Shown: in pieces, positions 44,799 to 59,184 of the stretch
Numbering within the stretch: the first letter of the stretch is position 1
Layout of the letters: each line of letters opens with the position of its first letter
NCBI RefSeq assembly: GCF_009914755.1
Contig: NC_060925.1
Direction: 5' to 3' (one strand)
Source: the human T2T-CHM13v2.0 reference genome, Homo sapiens
Length of the DNA: 64,000 nt
Translations under genes and position numbers: made by a program
Notes under the pieces: model-generated
What the model saw: the letters and a program-made list of their open reading frames with translations, nothing else
Told to the model about the DNA's origin: nothing
The model's database searches: none

Positions 44799-45518
44799 TG
44801 CTGTGATGTGAATGTTTGTGTTGCCTCCAAAATTCATGTTGAAACTGAATCTTCGATGCAACGATATTAAGAGGTGGGACCTTTAGGAAATGATTAGGCC
44901 CTGAGCACTCTGTCTTCGTGGATGAGATTAGTGCCTTATTCATGGCTGGCGGGAACTAGCAAACCCCTTTTGGCTCTCTGCCTTTCGCCCTGTGAGGAGC
45001 AGCAAGAGGCAGCATCTTGGACGCAGAGAACAGCCCTCACTCAACACCAACCCTGCTGGCACCTTGATATTAGACTTTCCAGCTTTCAGAACTATGACAA
45101 TTAATTTCTTTTCTTCTTCTTCTTCTTTCTTTTTTTTCTTTTTTTTTCTTTTTTTTTTTTTTTTTTGAGATAGGGTCTCACTCCGGTTGCCCAGGCTGGA
45201 GAGCAGTGACGCAATCTCAACTCACTGCAGCCTCGACCTCTTCAGCTCAGGTGATTCTCTTCCTCAGCCTCCCGAGTAGCTGGGATTACAGGCATGCGCC
45301 ACCACGGCCTGGCTCATTTTTGTATTTTTAACAGAGACAGGGTTTCACTGTATGGGCCAGGCAGGTCTCGATCTCCTGACCTCAAGTGATCCACCCATTT
45401 CGGCCTCCCAAAGTGTTGTGATTCCAGGCCTGAGCCACCACCCCTGGCCTAATTTCTATTATTTATAAATTACTCAGTCTCAGGTATTTTATTACAGCAG
45501 CACAGATGGACTAAGACA
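44799..45518 (+). mobile_element. MST/MLT1A-type solo LTR
   Basis: TG...CTAAGACA termini; perfect 5-bp TSD CCATG 44794-44798 / 45519-45523. Confidence 0.88.
45110..45449 (-). mobile_element. Alu (Jb/S) inside the LTR
   Basis: Antisense Alu; TSD TAATTTCT. Confidence 0.92.
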
Positions 45519-46321
45519 CCATGGGCTGTATGAGTGGCCCCTCACCTGGCCTCACATCCTCTATGCATGCCCACTCCTGCCTTTTCCACACACACATTGA
45601 TTAGGTCCTGCTTTGAGGTCCCTGACCCTGGGTGTTCTCTCTGCTAGAAATTGCTTCCCACAAATCATCACATGGCTTATTCGAAATGCTACCCCCTCAG
45701 AGATGGCTCCCGGATGATCCTATCTAGACTAGAACAGCAACTCTCATCACTGGCAGTCTCCTAATTCAGTTTCCAGCTCTTCAGCTACCTAGCACTCCTG
45801 CCCTTACAGTACCTGATTATTTACTGGCTGGTTGTTTATTTTCCCCCTAGAGTATAAGCTCCGAGATGGAAGGGAGAGGGTTCTGATGGCTGCTGCATCC
45901 CTAGGGCATGGAGTAATGCCCAGCATGGAACTCCCTGCTCTCCAGGAAGAACGCGCTTCCCGTCGTGAGATGCATGAGCACATCTCAGTCTCCAGGGCCA
46001 GTTCAGTTCTATGGACACAAGGAAAGGGTGAAATGCTAAGATCCACACCGGAGACACATAGGTGGATTCAGTGCTTTGGGATTCCCAGAGTCTGTGGCCA
46101 GTTCTCTTCACCAGTGGAGTCAGAGCCTACCAGGCCAGTAGAGTAGGGAGTGCACCCTACTTTAAGTGCTTTAGGAAAACCTTGCACCCACAAATAGCTC
46201 TACCACTAACTAATCTATCACTCTCTCTTAAATTTCACCATTAATAGTGCAATTCTTTTTTACAGGAAGAGGGGAGAGAACTAAAATTTACTCAGTAGTT
46301 AGTAAATATCAGGCAGCATTC

Positions 46322-46424
46322 AAGGTCACCAGCCATCCCAGTGTGCCTGGTCAGAGGGATTTCCTGGGACATTCAGAGCTAAAACTAGGATAGTCTTGAA
46401 CAAATGGCATAGTTGGTCACCCTA
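46322..46424. mobile_element. MER81-like hAT-Blackjack MITE
   Basis: Degenerate TIRs AGGTCACCAGCCATCCC / TTGGTCACCCTA. Confidence 0.55.
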
Positions 46425-47006
46425 CTTCATTTCCTGGTTTAGCTCTCTCATCAACCATATGTGCATTTTACTCATGAGAAATCCTGGCCTTCAGTCATGA
46501 GGCCAATGTGGCAGAATTGGAGTCAAGGCTTCCATGGCTCCAGGGTCCAGGTCCTCTCTACCATATCCCAAGGGCCCCCTGACCTCCCTTCAGAGGCAGT
46601 AATTCTGAGATAGCTCTGTGCAGCTCTCTCCTCATAAAATATACTCTACAGCACTCAGATCATGAGATATGGAAAAGAATGGATGAAGGCTTGCTGGAAA
46701 GGCAGGGACAGATACTTTGCAGGAAAAAAAGGACTTCCAAAATGTGCGTGGCAACTTGGGGTTTCAAAAATCTTTGTTCTAAGGGCCGGAACTTTAGTGC
46801 CAACCTGACATTGGGAAGGGGTAAGAACTGATGAAAATAGTCCTAACTGAGAAGCACTTTGAGCTTCTGGGAAAGAGACTGCTGCATTGAAGTGGCCAGC
46901 TCTAGGTCACATCACAGGACCTGGGTGAGCATCATTCTTTCTGACGCTTGGCTCCTCTATCCTAGTTATTTGAGATTTCAAAGTAGTCATCTGGTTTATC
47001 TCTTCA

Positions 47007-47135
47007 AGTGTGACCACATAATACACTGTTCAAACAAGGACACTTCTAAGAATGAAAGGGGAACAATTCATAATTAGGCAAGGACAACAGTGGGGAATGG
47101 GACTCTGCCCCGGTTAACTGGGATGCCTGATCCCC
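47007..47135. mobile_element. MER94-like hAT-Blackjack MITE
   Basis: GTGACCACATAAT...AAACAAGGACACTT...GAAAGGGG. Confidence 0.5.
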
Positions 47136-49649
47136 CGGCCAGCTCTTCTGATCATGAGGAACTGAGTTGTGATCTTATCTTCTAATGCACCAAACAAAGC
47201 AGGGAAAGTCCCAGCCGCACGCCATTGCCACTGGGCTCTTCTGCCTCCCTCTGGTTCTGCCCCATGTCCCAGGGTCTAAAGAATACCTTTTCCCCAAAGG
47301 TCTAAATACTCCTTTGAGTCATTTGCATCAAATATCAGCATAGAAATGCTTACTTCAACTACTCTTTCTTGATCACCACAGAGTTTTCTGAGCACTCACC
47401 TTGAACAGGGCCTCTTCTGGGTGCTACAGACATTTTCAAGGGAGAGAGACCTCGCCCACCCATAGGCAGTGAGCTGGCTGGCTGGTGGGTGAGTCTGTTG
47501 GGGGGGGAACCTGCCCCTCCTTATGTTGCCCCTCAGTGACTGACCACAGGCTTTGGAAAAACCTCTTCAGCAGGGTACCGCTTACTCTGATCTACTTAAA
47601 CGTTGACTCCCACGCCCTGAGGAGGAGCCGAGCGTGCCAGAGCAGCAGAATGCAACTTTGCTAAGATCAAAGTGCGAACCTGCTGAAGCTGTGTGTCTGA
47701 AATTACCCAGAAATCGCTTTGTGCTCACTCGTGGAGCAGAAGTGATGGTGAGCAAGTGTGCAGAGACCATGAAGGACTTGGTGCAGGGATGAATATTGTC
47801 TGCAGCTGGTTTTCTCCAGTCCCTGCCAGTGCACCCAGTGTCTGTTTCCGCACTACTGGGGCCCTAGGCTCAGCACAGTGCCAAGTACATAATAGGTGCA
47901 AAGTAAATATCAGTAAGTCATTGAATGCTCGTCTCCACGGACGATGCTGGGCCTGAAGTAGCCTAAGTTTGAATCCATGCAATGGACCATGGTCGAGGGC
48001 TCACGGCTTCATGATGAATCCTGGAATGTTAGCGCTAACAGTGTTCTTACAGGATCAAATCCAGTCCCAGTCAGTTTCAGCTGAGAAACTCAGGTGTGGG
48101 CCCAGAGAGTTTAAGATCACTTGTCCAAATGTTGTGAATGCCAGAGGCAACACTGGACTCAGGTGTTCTGGGCAGTAACCTTTGCTCCTCTCTCCCTACC
48201 ACATGCCCCCCAGGCCAGCTGGCCCTTCTGACCAGCACCATCTGTCTGATGTCTCTTTGCCATTACTCGGAGGCCTAACCTCAGCACTGACAGGCTGCTT
48301 GACCTGGAACCTCGCCACTATGTCCTAGCCATGCTCCCTGACACCCCCGCTCTCTAGCAAAACTACTCCCTTCTTCCTCTGCATGCGATTAATTATCTCA
48401 TACAGCATCTCTTTTCTTTTCCCACTGTATTCCTGTTGGTTCAAGATGTGTCTGCATTCCTTACCATTTTACCGGGAACAGTGTCTTTTTCATCTTTGTC
48501 TCTCCAGTGCCTCAATTGCGCCTACCACGCATGTATTATACAAATGCGCAGCTTGCTGTGTGACCATGGCCCAATTGTTCACCGTCTCTGGGCCTTCTCT
48601 TGGATTTATAAAATTAACGGGGCACTACTGACTTATCTCACAGAGCGGCTGTGTCCTAATGTATATATTGTTGCATAAATATCTTGGAAATGCAGTGGCC
48701 AACGACAGCGCTCAACAATAAATGCTGTGTGCTGAGAGCAAGTGTTAGAGAACTTGAAAGGAGGCTCTTCTCTCTGTGATGAAAGAAACGGAAGGTGGCT
48801 CTGCAGATCCCCTCAGATGATGCACGCTGTGGACCCGAGCACCGAGCCTGGGTGGGGGAGGAAGGAACTTAGGAGAGGTGTGAGGGCAAGGGCGTCTTGT
48901 GGAGAGAGCTTGACCAAACCCTGACCCTCCTCTTTGTAGAGCCCCCGGGCTCGTCTGCAGGGTCTGTGCAGGCCGCCTGCCCCCTGCGCCAGCAGGCGAG
49001 GAGGACAGCCTCCCCTTCTCAGCAGGACCCCTAGCCCTGCAGAGGGAGCTGGGAGCTGGCTGCTTTTAATTAGAGCCGCTTCTTTCCTGTTTTCCTTCGC
49101 GGCTGGTTTCCGAGCTTCCCTCACCCTCTGCTGATTCCCCCAAGCAATTTTTTTAAGCATCCAAACCGTCTGGGATAAGAAAGGAGAAAGCTATCATTAT
49201 GTGTGTGAGCTGTGCGGTGGCTTCCGCTGGCTTCCCAGACGTTTGGAGGTCGTCAAAAGGCTGGCTCTGCTGTCTGGACATGGCCTGAGGAAGCCTGGTG
49301 CCAGCTTTCTGCTTCCTATGCCACCAGCTCTGCTTATGTATATATTGAGCACCTGCTGTGTGCCAGGCCCCCAGATGAGCAAATATAGCGTCAGCCCAAA
49401 AAGCTGAGAACTATTGTCATGGCTCTCTTAGGTCTAGAGCTGTGGCAGTGATCACCAGCACGCTGACAGAGGTGTGAACGGAGCACCCCAGACATGGAGC
49501 AGGAATGAGAACGACTGGCACGATGGGTTGCACCAACGAGAACCTTACAAGGAGAACACAGCCTCAATCTGGCTCCCGTTCCCTTTAGAACTCACTCTCG
49601 TTCATGGCTCGTGGAACCCACATTCATTCGGAACGCAAGAGGCTCCAGA

Positions 49650-49867
49650 AGGGCTGTCAGATTTAGCAAAGAAAAATGCAGCATGCACAGTGAGATGTGA
49701 ACTTCAGATAAACAACATATAATTGTTTAGTGTAAGTATGCTCTAAATATTGCATGGGACATGCTTTTTATTATAACATTGAAGGTATATTTGCACTAAA
49801 AAAGGGATGTGTTGTTTATCCGAAATTCACATTTCACTAGGCATCCGGTATTTTATCTGGCAACTCT
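49650..49867. mobile_element. MER53 palindromic MITE
   Basis: AGGGCTGTCAGATTTAGCAAA / TTTATCTGGCAACTCT termini; internal arms TCAGATAAACAAC / GTTGTTTATCCGA. Confidence 0.85.
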
Positions 49868-51198
49868 TTTCCAAGGTCAACAGAGAGTCCTAGACCATAG
49901 ACCAGAAAGTCCATTCTACCCGACACTGGGCTACAAGAAATGTATATTTGTGGGGATCAGCCACACTGGGAGAAAGATAGCTGTCTCATGTCACCAGGGT
50001 AGATGAAGAAAGGGTTCTAAAGCCTAACAGCATTCATATGATAGGTACCTGGGCTTGTTTTCAAAGATCAGCAATCAAGGGGAAATGACAGAGACGCTGG
50101 AGGAGGCTGGTCCTCCCAGAAGCTAGTGGCTTGACCCAAGAAGGAAGAAAATGGCGGCTGCCTTCCCGGACCCAGGCTGTAGGCCGGGAATTCCCAGCTC
50201 TTTGATACCGTATTCCAACTGGTATGATCTGTTCGATGCCTGCTCTAGCTCTATCCCAAATATGTGTTATATGGCTTCCATCAATATTTTTTATGTAGTG
50301 CAAGCTTAATTTAATCTGAGAGTGGTTTAAGAATACACATACTTCTCAGCCATCAAAAGAACACGATTAAGAATCTCTGTGCTAGAAACTAGAAAGTTCT
50401 AGGAGATTACTGAAGGAGAGGCAGGAATGGGAACTGAGATGAAGAGGGCAAAGACTTAACCACCGACGGTCCATTTTTGGAGGAAGTGGCTGAGTGGAGT
50501 CTGGAAAAAAAAAAAAACAACAACCAGATAACCTGAAAACCAGCTGGGCTGGAAGCAAAGAGAGGGCCCAGGCATTAGCCCGGCCCTGGGGGCAGCCCAG
50601 ACACACCCCAGCATTTCTCAGGGGGAAGAAGGCACAGCCTGCTGTTATTTACAAAGCTGTTGTTGAGAATTTTGAGGATCTCTTCCAGGTTCTCGCTTAT
50701 GTAAATTCTAATTCACAGTGCCCTGGCCCCACATGTCTCGTAAACCAGGCCTGATATTGTAAACCTTCGCCATTCACAGAGGGTTTTAGCTTTGCCTTTG
50801 TTCCCCTCTCCAATTTCCCACTTCACAAACCTGGATCTAAAGCTTTGCACGTAGTTGATAGGGAAGTGTCGTTTGAGCAGTTCTAAGAGGCTGTCTTCCT
50901 TCTTCCTCCGACCCCCACAGCTCTGGTTTCCTCTTGGATATCAATTATTGGCTTTTACATAAGAAGGCTAATGCATTTTCAAAGCAGGCAGATCACTCTC
51001 CCATGTTTTGACAGTTTGGCTTTAGTTGAAATATAATTAAACTTTTTGAAAACAAGAACCTTGAAACTCAGTCTTCACACTGTTTGCAGGTTTTTTCCCC
51101 CTCATGCATTCAGTTTTTACTTGCTGCGGCACAATTGATTTGGTCTTCACTTTCTGCGCTCAAAACAAACACTGGGTTTAGGCATTCTGCTCTCCCAG

Positions 51199-51293
51199 CA
51201 CCGCATGGCTGAGGGTGGAAAAAAATAACATCTGAAACAGGCCGGGCTTTTGATGATACCTCCTTATGACAGACACATCGAAAACCACCGACG
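51199..51293 (+). ncRNA. Candidate 95-nt plus-strand exon whose donor overlaps an AP-1 site
   Basis: ATTCTGCTCTCCCAG acceptor; ACG|GTGAGT donor; GGTGAGTCACC 51293-51303. Confidence 0.3.
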
Positions 51294-51794
51294 GTGAGTC
51301 ACCCACATTCTGTGCATACCCTCTCCGAGGAGCAGGAAGTGTGGCTATTTTAAACCCTGAGGCAATGAGAAGTTTTCAGATGCGTCCTAAGGCGCTCCGG
51401 CCAGCGCCCTGCATGCACACGAGGGCCTTCCTCAGTGTGGCCCCAGCACATCTGTAGACCTGAGGCGACACACCCAGCCTTCTGCCAGCATCTCTTTGTT
51501 TATTCTGCTTGTCCTGGTTTTGCGTTGACACGAGCAAGCCGAGTCTAAAAAACACAGAGCTACAGAATTTATAAAATCAACAAAAACTTAAAAAAAAAAA
51601 ACAAAAAAAAAACACACCACCACCACCAACAACAATCGGAGCCTGGCAGTTGGTGAGGGTGGGTGGGGGCGAACAGATGGTGCCACAAGATGTCCTCGGG
51701 CGGCTCACTGGGGACCGAGCCTTGTGGCTCTGTGGCCAAAAATAAATAAATAAGTCAGGGCCCAGCAGAAGTGCTTTCACTTCTAACCCAAGTC

Positions 51795-52528
<734 letters not shown>

Positions 52529-52925
52529 TCAGGCAAGACTCCATTTGGCTGTAATGTTTTTTATCTTTATCGGCAGTTTTCTTAGAGAATGAAATTGTTT
52601 GGGAAGTGGAAACCCAGCCTTCAGCATCTTTTAGCACAATGTGTTAAGACTCCCGAACTGGTTGGGAGCTGTATAAGCCACACAAGCATTCCAAATAATA
52701 CATATTCTTTCTATTGTTGCAGATGCTAACTGCCTCCTAACTCTGATAAAACCTAAAGAATTTGTTGGTGGAAGAAAGTCCTAGAGTTTTAAAAAGCAGC
52801 TGCAGAAGAGACCAGGCCGCCTACACCCCTTGGCTTGTGGCCTCTTTACTCCACCTTGACAGCCAGCAAGGTGGCCTCTCTGGTACCTTTCTTTTGCATT
52901 CACTCTCCCTCTGTCTCCTCTTGTG

Positions 52926-53164
52926 ACTAGCTGTGGGTAATGAGTCCTGTTACTTCTCATTCTCAATCTCCAAAGGCCAAACAAACAGGTAGAAAGAGAG
53001 AGAGAAGGAATTGAGCCGAAATGAAATGACTTTAGAATAAAGATTTGTATACTAAAAAAAAAAAAAGAGTTGGGGGAACTTGAGAGAAATGAGCCAGATG
53101 TTACCATGAAAGCAGTTATAAATCCTAACCTTGTTTGTAAAGGGAGCAGGCTCAGCCAGGATGC
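52926..53164. repeat. Local direct duplication, copy 2 (Alu-free)
   Basis: ACTAGCTGTGGGTAATGAGTCCT...TAAAGGGAGCAGGCTCAGCCAGGATGC shared with copy 1. Confidence 0.92.
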
Positions 53165-54829
53165 TGGACATTGGTCTCACCTGGAGAACTCAGGCTTCTC
53201 TTCCCACTGTAAGGTCAGCTGATTTGCAGCCTCAGCTCCTCCTGCAACCTTCCTTTGCCTTTGCCGTGTAACCTAACACATTCCCAGATTCCGGGGATTA
53301 GGGTCTACACATCTTTAGGGGGCATTATTCTGTTGAGGGTCAGTGGTGTCCTTAGCACTGAGACAGTTACTTGTCTGTCTCCACAGTTTATTTGTTAGGA
53401 CATATGACCAGGCAATAGTTGCTCTGTATAGTAGAAATACAGTCAAATAATAGTGTAAATTAAATTGATAATACACATTTACTATCTGCCAGATATAAGC
53501 ACTTCACTTCATGCGTGTTAACACTCATTTAAGACTCATGATAGTTCCATGAGTTAGGTACTATTATTAGCTCCACTGTACAGACGAGGGAAAGTATAGG
53601 GTGTATCCATGGTTGGGAAACGGTGGAGATAGTGTTAGAACCCAGGCCTCTGGCCCAGGTTCCAGATTCTTAGCTAATAGGATTAGAAAAATACAGGGGT
53701 GTTGCCCTCCAAATACCAAGGACAAGACACAAAGGCAAAGTGCCTTCCTGGACCCTTCTTCCCCACCATGCCCCTGTGGAGCCAATGGCCCTGTCTGTTA
53801 TATCAAGGCCCTGAACAGCAGGGAAAGGTGACTCAGAGAGTTCTGTTCACCCTACAGGCCTTGACGCCATCCAAGACCTGACCACATGAAGTTGAGCTTT
53901 CAGCTATGGGGAGCCAGAAACACACCCTGCCTTGCGTGCTCAGCTTGGACTGTAACAGTACAAGCCCAGTGACAGCTGGTGCCTGGAAACCATCTTGCTG
54001 CTGTTTCCTGTGAGTGGAGAGGATCTTCTTCTGCAGAGGAGAGGAAACAGTGTCATCAACTGGGGTGTGTTCCTATGCTTCCAAGGATCCTGGAGTCATC
54101 TGCTGGAAGGGGAGACAGTGAACTCTGCAAGGGGAAGTTGGCTATGTATTTTCGTGCCCCTCAGTAGTCAAATCCTATGGAAACAAACAAGGCTGGTCTC
54201 TGTAGATGGGACCTCCCACCCACGTAGGGTCAGTTTTTTCCCCAGAATAACAGAGGGAAGGCAGGGCCAGAAACATGGTTTGGGAGTTGCTCTCCTAGAG
54301 ACCCTGGACTGTTTCAGGGCTCATCGCCTCCTTGGTCCAAGACGCAGTAGCTGGGCCCAGTTGACAAAAGCAGCTCCAAACAAGAGGGCATGAAGAACCA
54401 ACTCGAAAGCTCCTCGGGGCCCCAGGGAAGTAGGACGGAGAGAACCTCAACCACCAAGTTCCGCAAATTTCACAAGTTTATTACAAACCCCAGAAGTGTT
54501 GTTGGGTTGCTTAAAAACGATTTAATTTTTGCAATCTCCCGAAGAGAGCGGGTGCCCCAAATTAAAACTGATGTTTCAAAAATAATAGCTATGAGGATGA
54601 AAGACAGTCCTTCTCATGGGAGGGGAGCAAGGAGGTGCACAGAGAAGCACCCTAGTGTCAAAGCTGTAGGGAGCCCTTTCTTGTGATGTATGAGTCTTAG
54701 GAGTCTGTTGCCATGATGGGGCCCATTCTCCCGTTATCTAACCAGAATAGTCACCTTCTTGTGATTCACCTAGAAATCTGATTCTTATCAGAACTCTGAG
54801 CAACACAAGGGAGGAGGAGGCCTCCTGAT

Positions 54830-55070
54830 GTCATGGAGAAAAGAATGAGCTATCGCATCAGATGGGCCTGGATCTGAATCACAGCTCAGCCACTTATACT
54901 TACTTTGTACCCCTGACAAGTTACTTAAGTTAACTGAGCCTCCGTTACCTCAATTGCAAAATGAAGATCAACAGCACTGATCTTGCTTGGTTCCAGGGAT
55001 GCTTGGTTCCAGGGATGAGATGGTTGTGCTGTTAAGCATGAAAACTGGTACCTATGGGACCTTGACGATA
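54830..55070 (+). mobile_element. MIR containing a 16-bp tandem duplication
   Basis: CAAGTTACTTAAGTTAACTGAGCCTC core. Confidence 0.65.
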
Positions 55071-56336
55071 GTTGCTACTATTACTGTTGCTTTTCATGTC
55101 ATTATTGCCAGCATGAATATGATCCTCAAAGTGGCCTTCCTCATACAATTCTCACAAGTCCAGCGGTAAAGGAATTGAGTATATGAAACTTCATACATGT
55201 CAGAGCTCTCTTTGGAGGGTCCAGCGGTGGGGTACCAAGGTGGAGCTCCAGTTACAGCATGTACTTCCCCAGGCACAGGGCACCGTCCTCAACAGCTGGC
55301 ATCATTGCACCTGCAGCATCGGCCCCTTCCCAGAGCCTCTCTCTTACGCTTTTCACATCACTGGAGAAGCAGCTTGCAGGACCACACCGTATTTCACTTT
55401 TACGGTGCAAAGCCAGAAGGTGCCCAAAGGAGAAGCACCTACTCCCGTGGTGAGAAGGTGGGCACAGGTGCAGCTGCGACTCACCAAGAGCCAGGCTGCC
55501 AGCCACACAGCCAGGGACACCGCAATGGGGGAAGGGGCAGCAAGGATGTGTCAAAGATATTCCTTTCCAAATGACTTTGGTTGAAAGAAATGCTTCCGGT
55601 TCGTAACCTGGCCTCACATTTTATAGCTAAATATGAGCCGGGTGCGTTGATGGAGCCATTTTTGACATATTTCAATTGCACTGATTGCCTGACATCATTG
55701 AAGTCACCCACGTTTCCCCAGCACAGGCCACACACTCGGGTAGATTCAGTTATTTTCACAAGGACAGCCTCCCCAGCCCTGCAGAAGTCATTGTCTTTTT
55801 CTGGGCAGCCCCTGTGGATGGATTCAGCTGCAGTGACCAGCACACATGGTGGTTAATGGGAGTTCTAAGAGGGAGAGGCCAGTGAAGGTCGGGGCTCATA
55901 TGGGAAACCAAGTCATTTCCCACCAGGAACGTTTGGCACACTGACCCCTCACCCAGGCAGCTGATATGATGGCTAAAGGGAACAACAAGTGACCACACCC
56001 ACTCTTGAGAGCAACTGCAAATTGCATGTGGCCACGAGGGTCTCTGTAATCTGTTTCTGTTTGCTAAATGCCTCTCTACCGGGGGCAGTTAAGACACTCG
56101 GAGAGTGGACAAACTTGGAGGATGTTGCTCAGTTCCAGAAAAGGAAAAAAACATATTACACGTACATTGGAGGTAAATCAGCCTGACTGGTTCTCGAGAA
56201 CTCGACGATCTCAAATGTCCACAAATAATTGTGCAAAGTGGAGACCAACAGGCAGAGAATCCAAGTAGATAGTGACAATAGTAAACACTGTGCTAGGCAC
56301 TATTTTAAGAGCTTTTGTATATTTTAAGAGCTGTTT

Positions 56337-56635
56337 GGCTGGGCACAGTGGCTCATGCCTATAATCCCCATACTTTGGAGGCTGAGGTGGGAGGAGTGCT
56401 TGAGGCCAGAAGTTCAAAACTAGCCTGGGAAACAGAGCAAGACCCCATCTATATAAAAGCATGTTTTAAAAATAGCCAGGTATGGTGGCATGCACCTGTA
56501 CTCCTAGCTACTCAGGAGGCTGAAATAGGAAGATTCCTTGAGCCCAGGAGGTCAAGGCTGCAGTGAGCTAGCATCTTGCCACTGCACTCCAGCCTGGATG
56601 ACAGACTGAGACCCTGTCTCTAAAAACAAACAAAC
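56337..56635 (+). mobile_element. AluJ inside a MIR
   Basis: J diagnostics; MIR core resumes at about 56730-56830. Confidence 0.9.
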
Positions 56636-58317
56636 AAGAGCTTTATGTATATTAAATGTTTACATGTAATCCTTATTATATAAGGTAAGTACTATTATCC
56701 CTGTTTATGGGGCAAGTACTATTATTATCCCCATTTCACTGATGAGGAAATCAAGGCAAGTGAAGTCACATCCCCAAGGTGTGACAGAGCTGGTAAGTGA
56801 CACAGCTGGGATTTGAACACTCGCTGTCTGGCTTCTGACAAGGGTCTGTGTGCTTAACCTTGAGGCTAAGTTGAATAAATACGGCACATCTTGCCAAGCA
56901 AAGAAAAGAATCTAAAGATGTTCAAACTCTCCCTTCAGCAGAGGGCAAAGGGTGGAAAGTAAGCAGCTAGCACCAGGTGAGCGAGAGGAGGCAGGTTGAT
57001 AAGCCAGCTTCCTTCCCAGGAAACCCCTTCTGTCTTAGAGGGCCCTGTAAAACCTTCTTACTTCACCAAAATGAATCTCACAACTGTTGGAAAAACAGAG
57101 CCACCCTATCCTGTTCCCCCAAACACTGTCCCCAAGTCTATTATGCAAGCGCCTATTACAGCGAGTTGTGGATGTCTCTTTTGTGGTCATGGTTTTTAAC
57201 TGCAAATGAAAGAAGAAACCCAAGTCAGGAAGCATGCATCTTACCAATCCCACATTTGGGGGTGCAGGAGACCCCGAAATGTGGGCTGTCTTTGGAAAGA
57301 GTAGAACACTCCGCGTGGGGCTGGCGGGCTGCTGCTGGGAAGGATGAGGTATGGTAAGGGCTGAGACAACCCCAAGATAATCTGGGGGAAAATCCTGGCA
57401 GGGGAAGGAAGGGAAGTGAGCCATGAGGGGTGACCCTGGCTCCGGAAGTTGAATCTCTCTCTGAAGAAGGACAGAGTGGCCACACGCGGTTCCTGGGATC
57501 CAGCCTCTAACCCTCGGAACAATTGTGAGAAAATGCCCAGGGGCAGTTCCCTGTGCTCTCAGAGGCCCTCTTCCAGCACAAGGCCAGCGCCACAGCCAAT
57601 CATCCTTCAGCAGGTGATATTTTGTCCCAGGCCTGACTAGGTGAGCCAGTCGTTCCTCACAAAACACGCTGAGAGCAACCCCTGGAATTCCCATGGGCTC
57701 CCTGGCCTCTCACACCCTGCTGTGTGTCTTGACTTGAGATGGCGGGCACCTCAAAGACAGGGCACACAGGGAAGCATCCGGGTCCCTGGGGACTCCAACA
57801 ATGCTTCGAGCTGATACCAGGGGAGGAGAGGGTCAGCCTTGGGGCCGGTGGGGGGGTGCGGGGGCAGACAGCAGGTGCCTTCGTTGGATTCTCAGTCTGC
57901 AATTTGCAGACTGAGACCATGAGCACAGCACCCTTCCTCAGAGAAATGATCATAAGACCTACCCCACTGAATGTGGCAGCTGTAACGGGAGACATTTGTA
58001 CATTTATTCACCGAATCCTTGAGAACTCACTGTACGTTGAGCCCTGGAAGTGCAAGTGTTTTGAAGTCAGAAGAGCAGCACATTGGCTGGAGGAAAGAGG
58101 TGGTCTTATCTTAAGAAGCAGAGCTCTGGCGGGTAGACAGGGGAGAGGCCAGGAGGTCCTGCCATCCTCCAGGAACATGTGCCCAGGCAGCAAGAAGCGC
58201 AGGAACTGAGGGCCTCCCACATCACTGGGGCACCAGGTAGCTTCTGCCTACAGGGACCACTGCTTGTTGCGCCTTCAGGTAACTTCTCTGCTGTCAGCCC
58301 CTGAGATCCCAGATTGC

Positions 58318-59184
<867 letters not shown>

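Larger units (their letters stand above)
44340..45930 (+). mobile_element. L2a split by a MaLR LTR
   Basis: AAAATATATCCAGAA...CACTTCTCACC before the LTR; CTAGAGTATAAGCTCC 3' motif after it. Confidence 0.7.

Noticed and set aside
57035-57694. Longest ORF (219 aa, minus strand)
   Set aside because: No domain, random-looking composition and no supporting promoter or splice context; likely chance.
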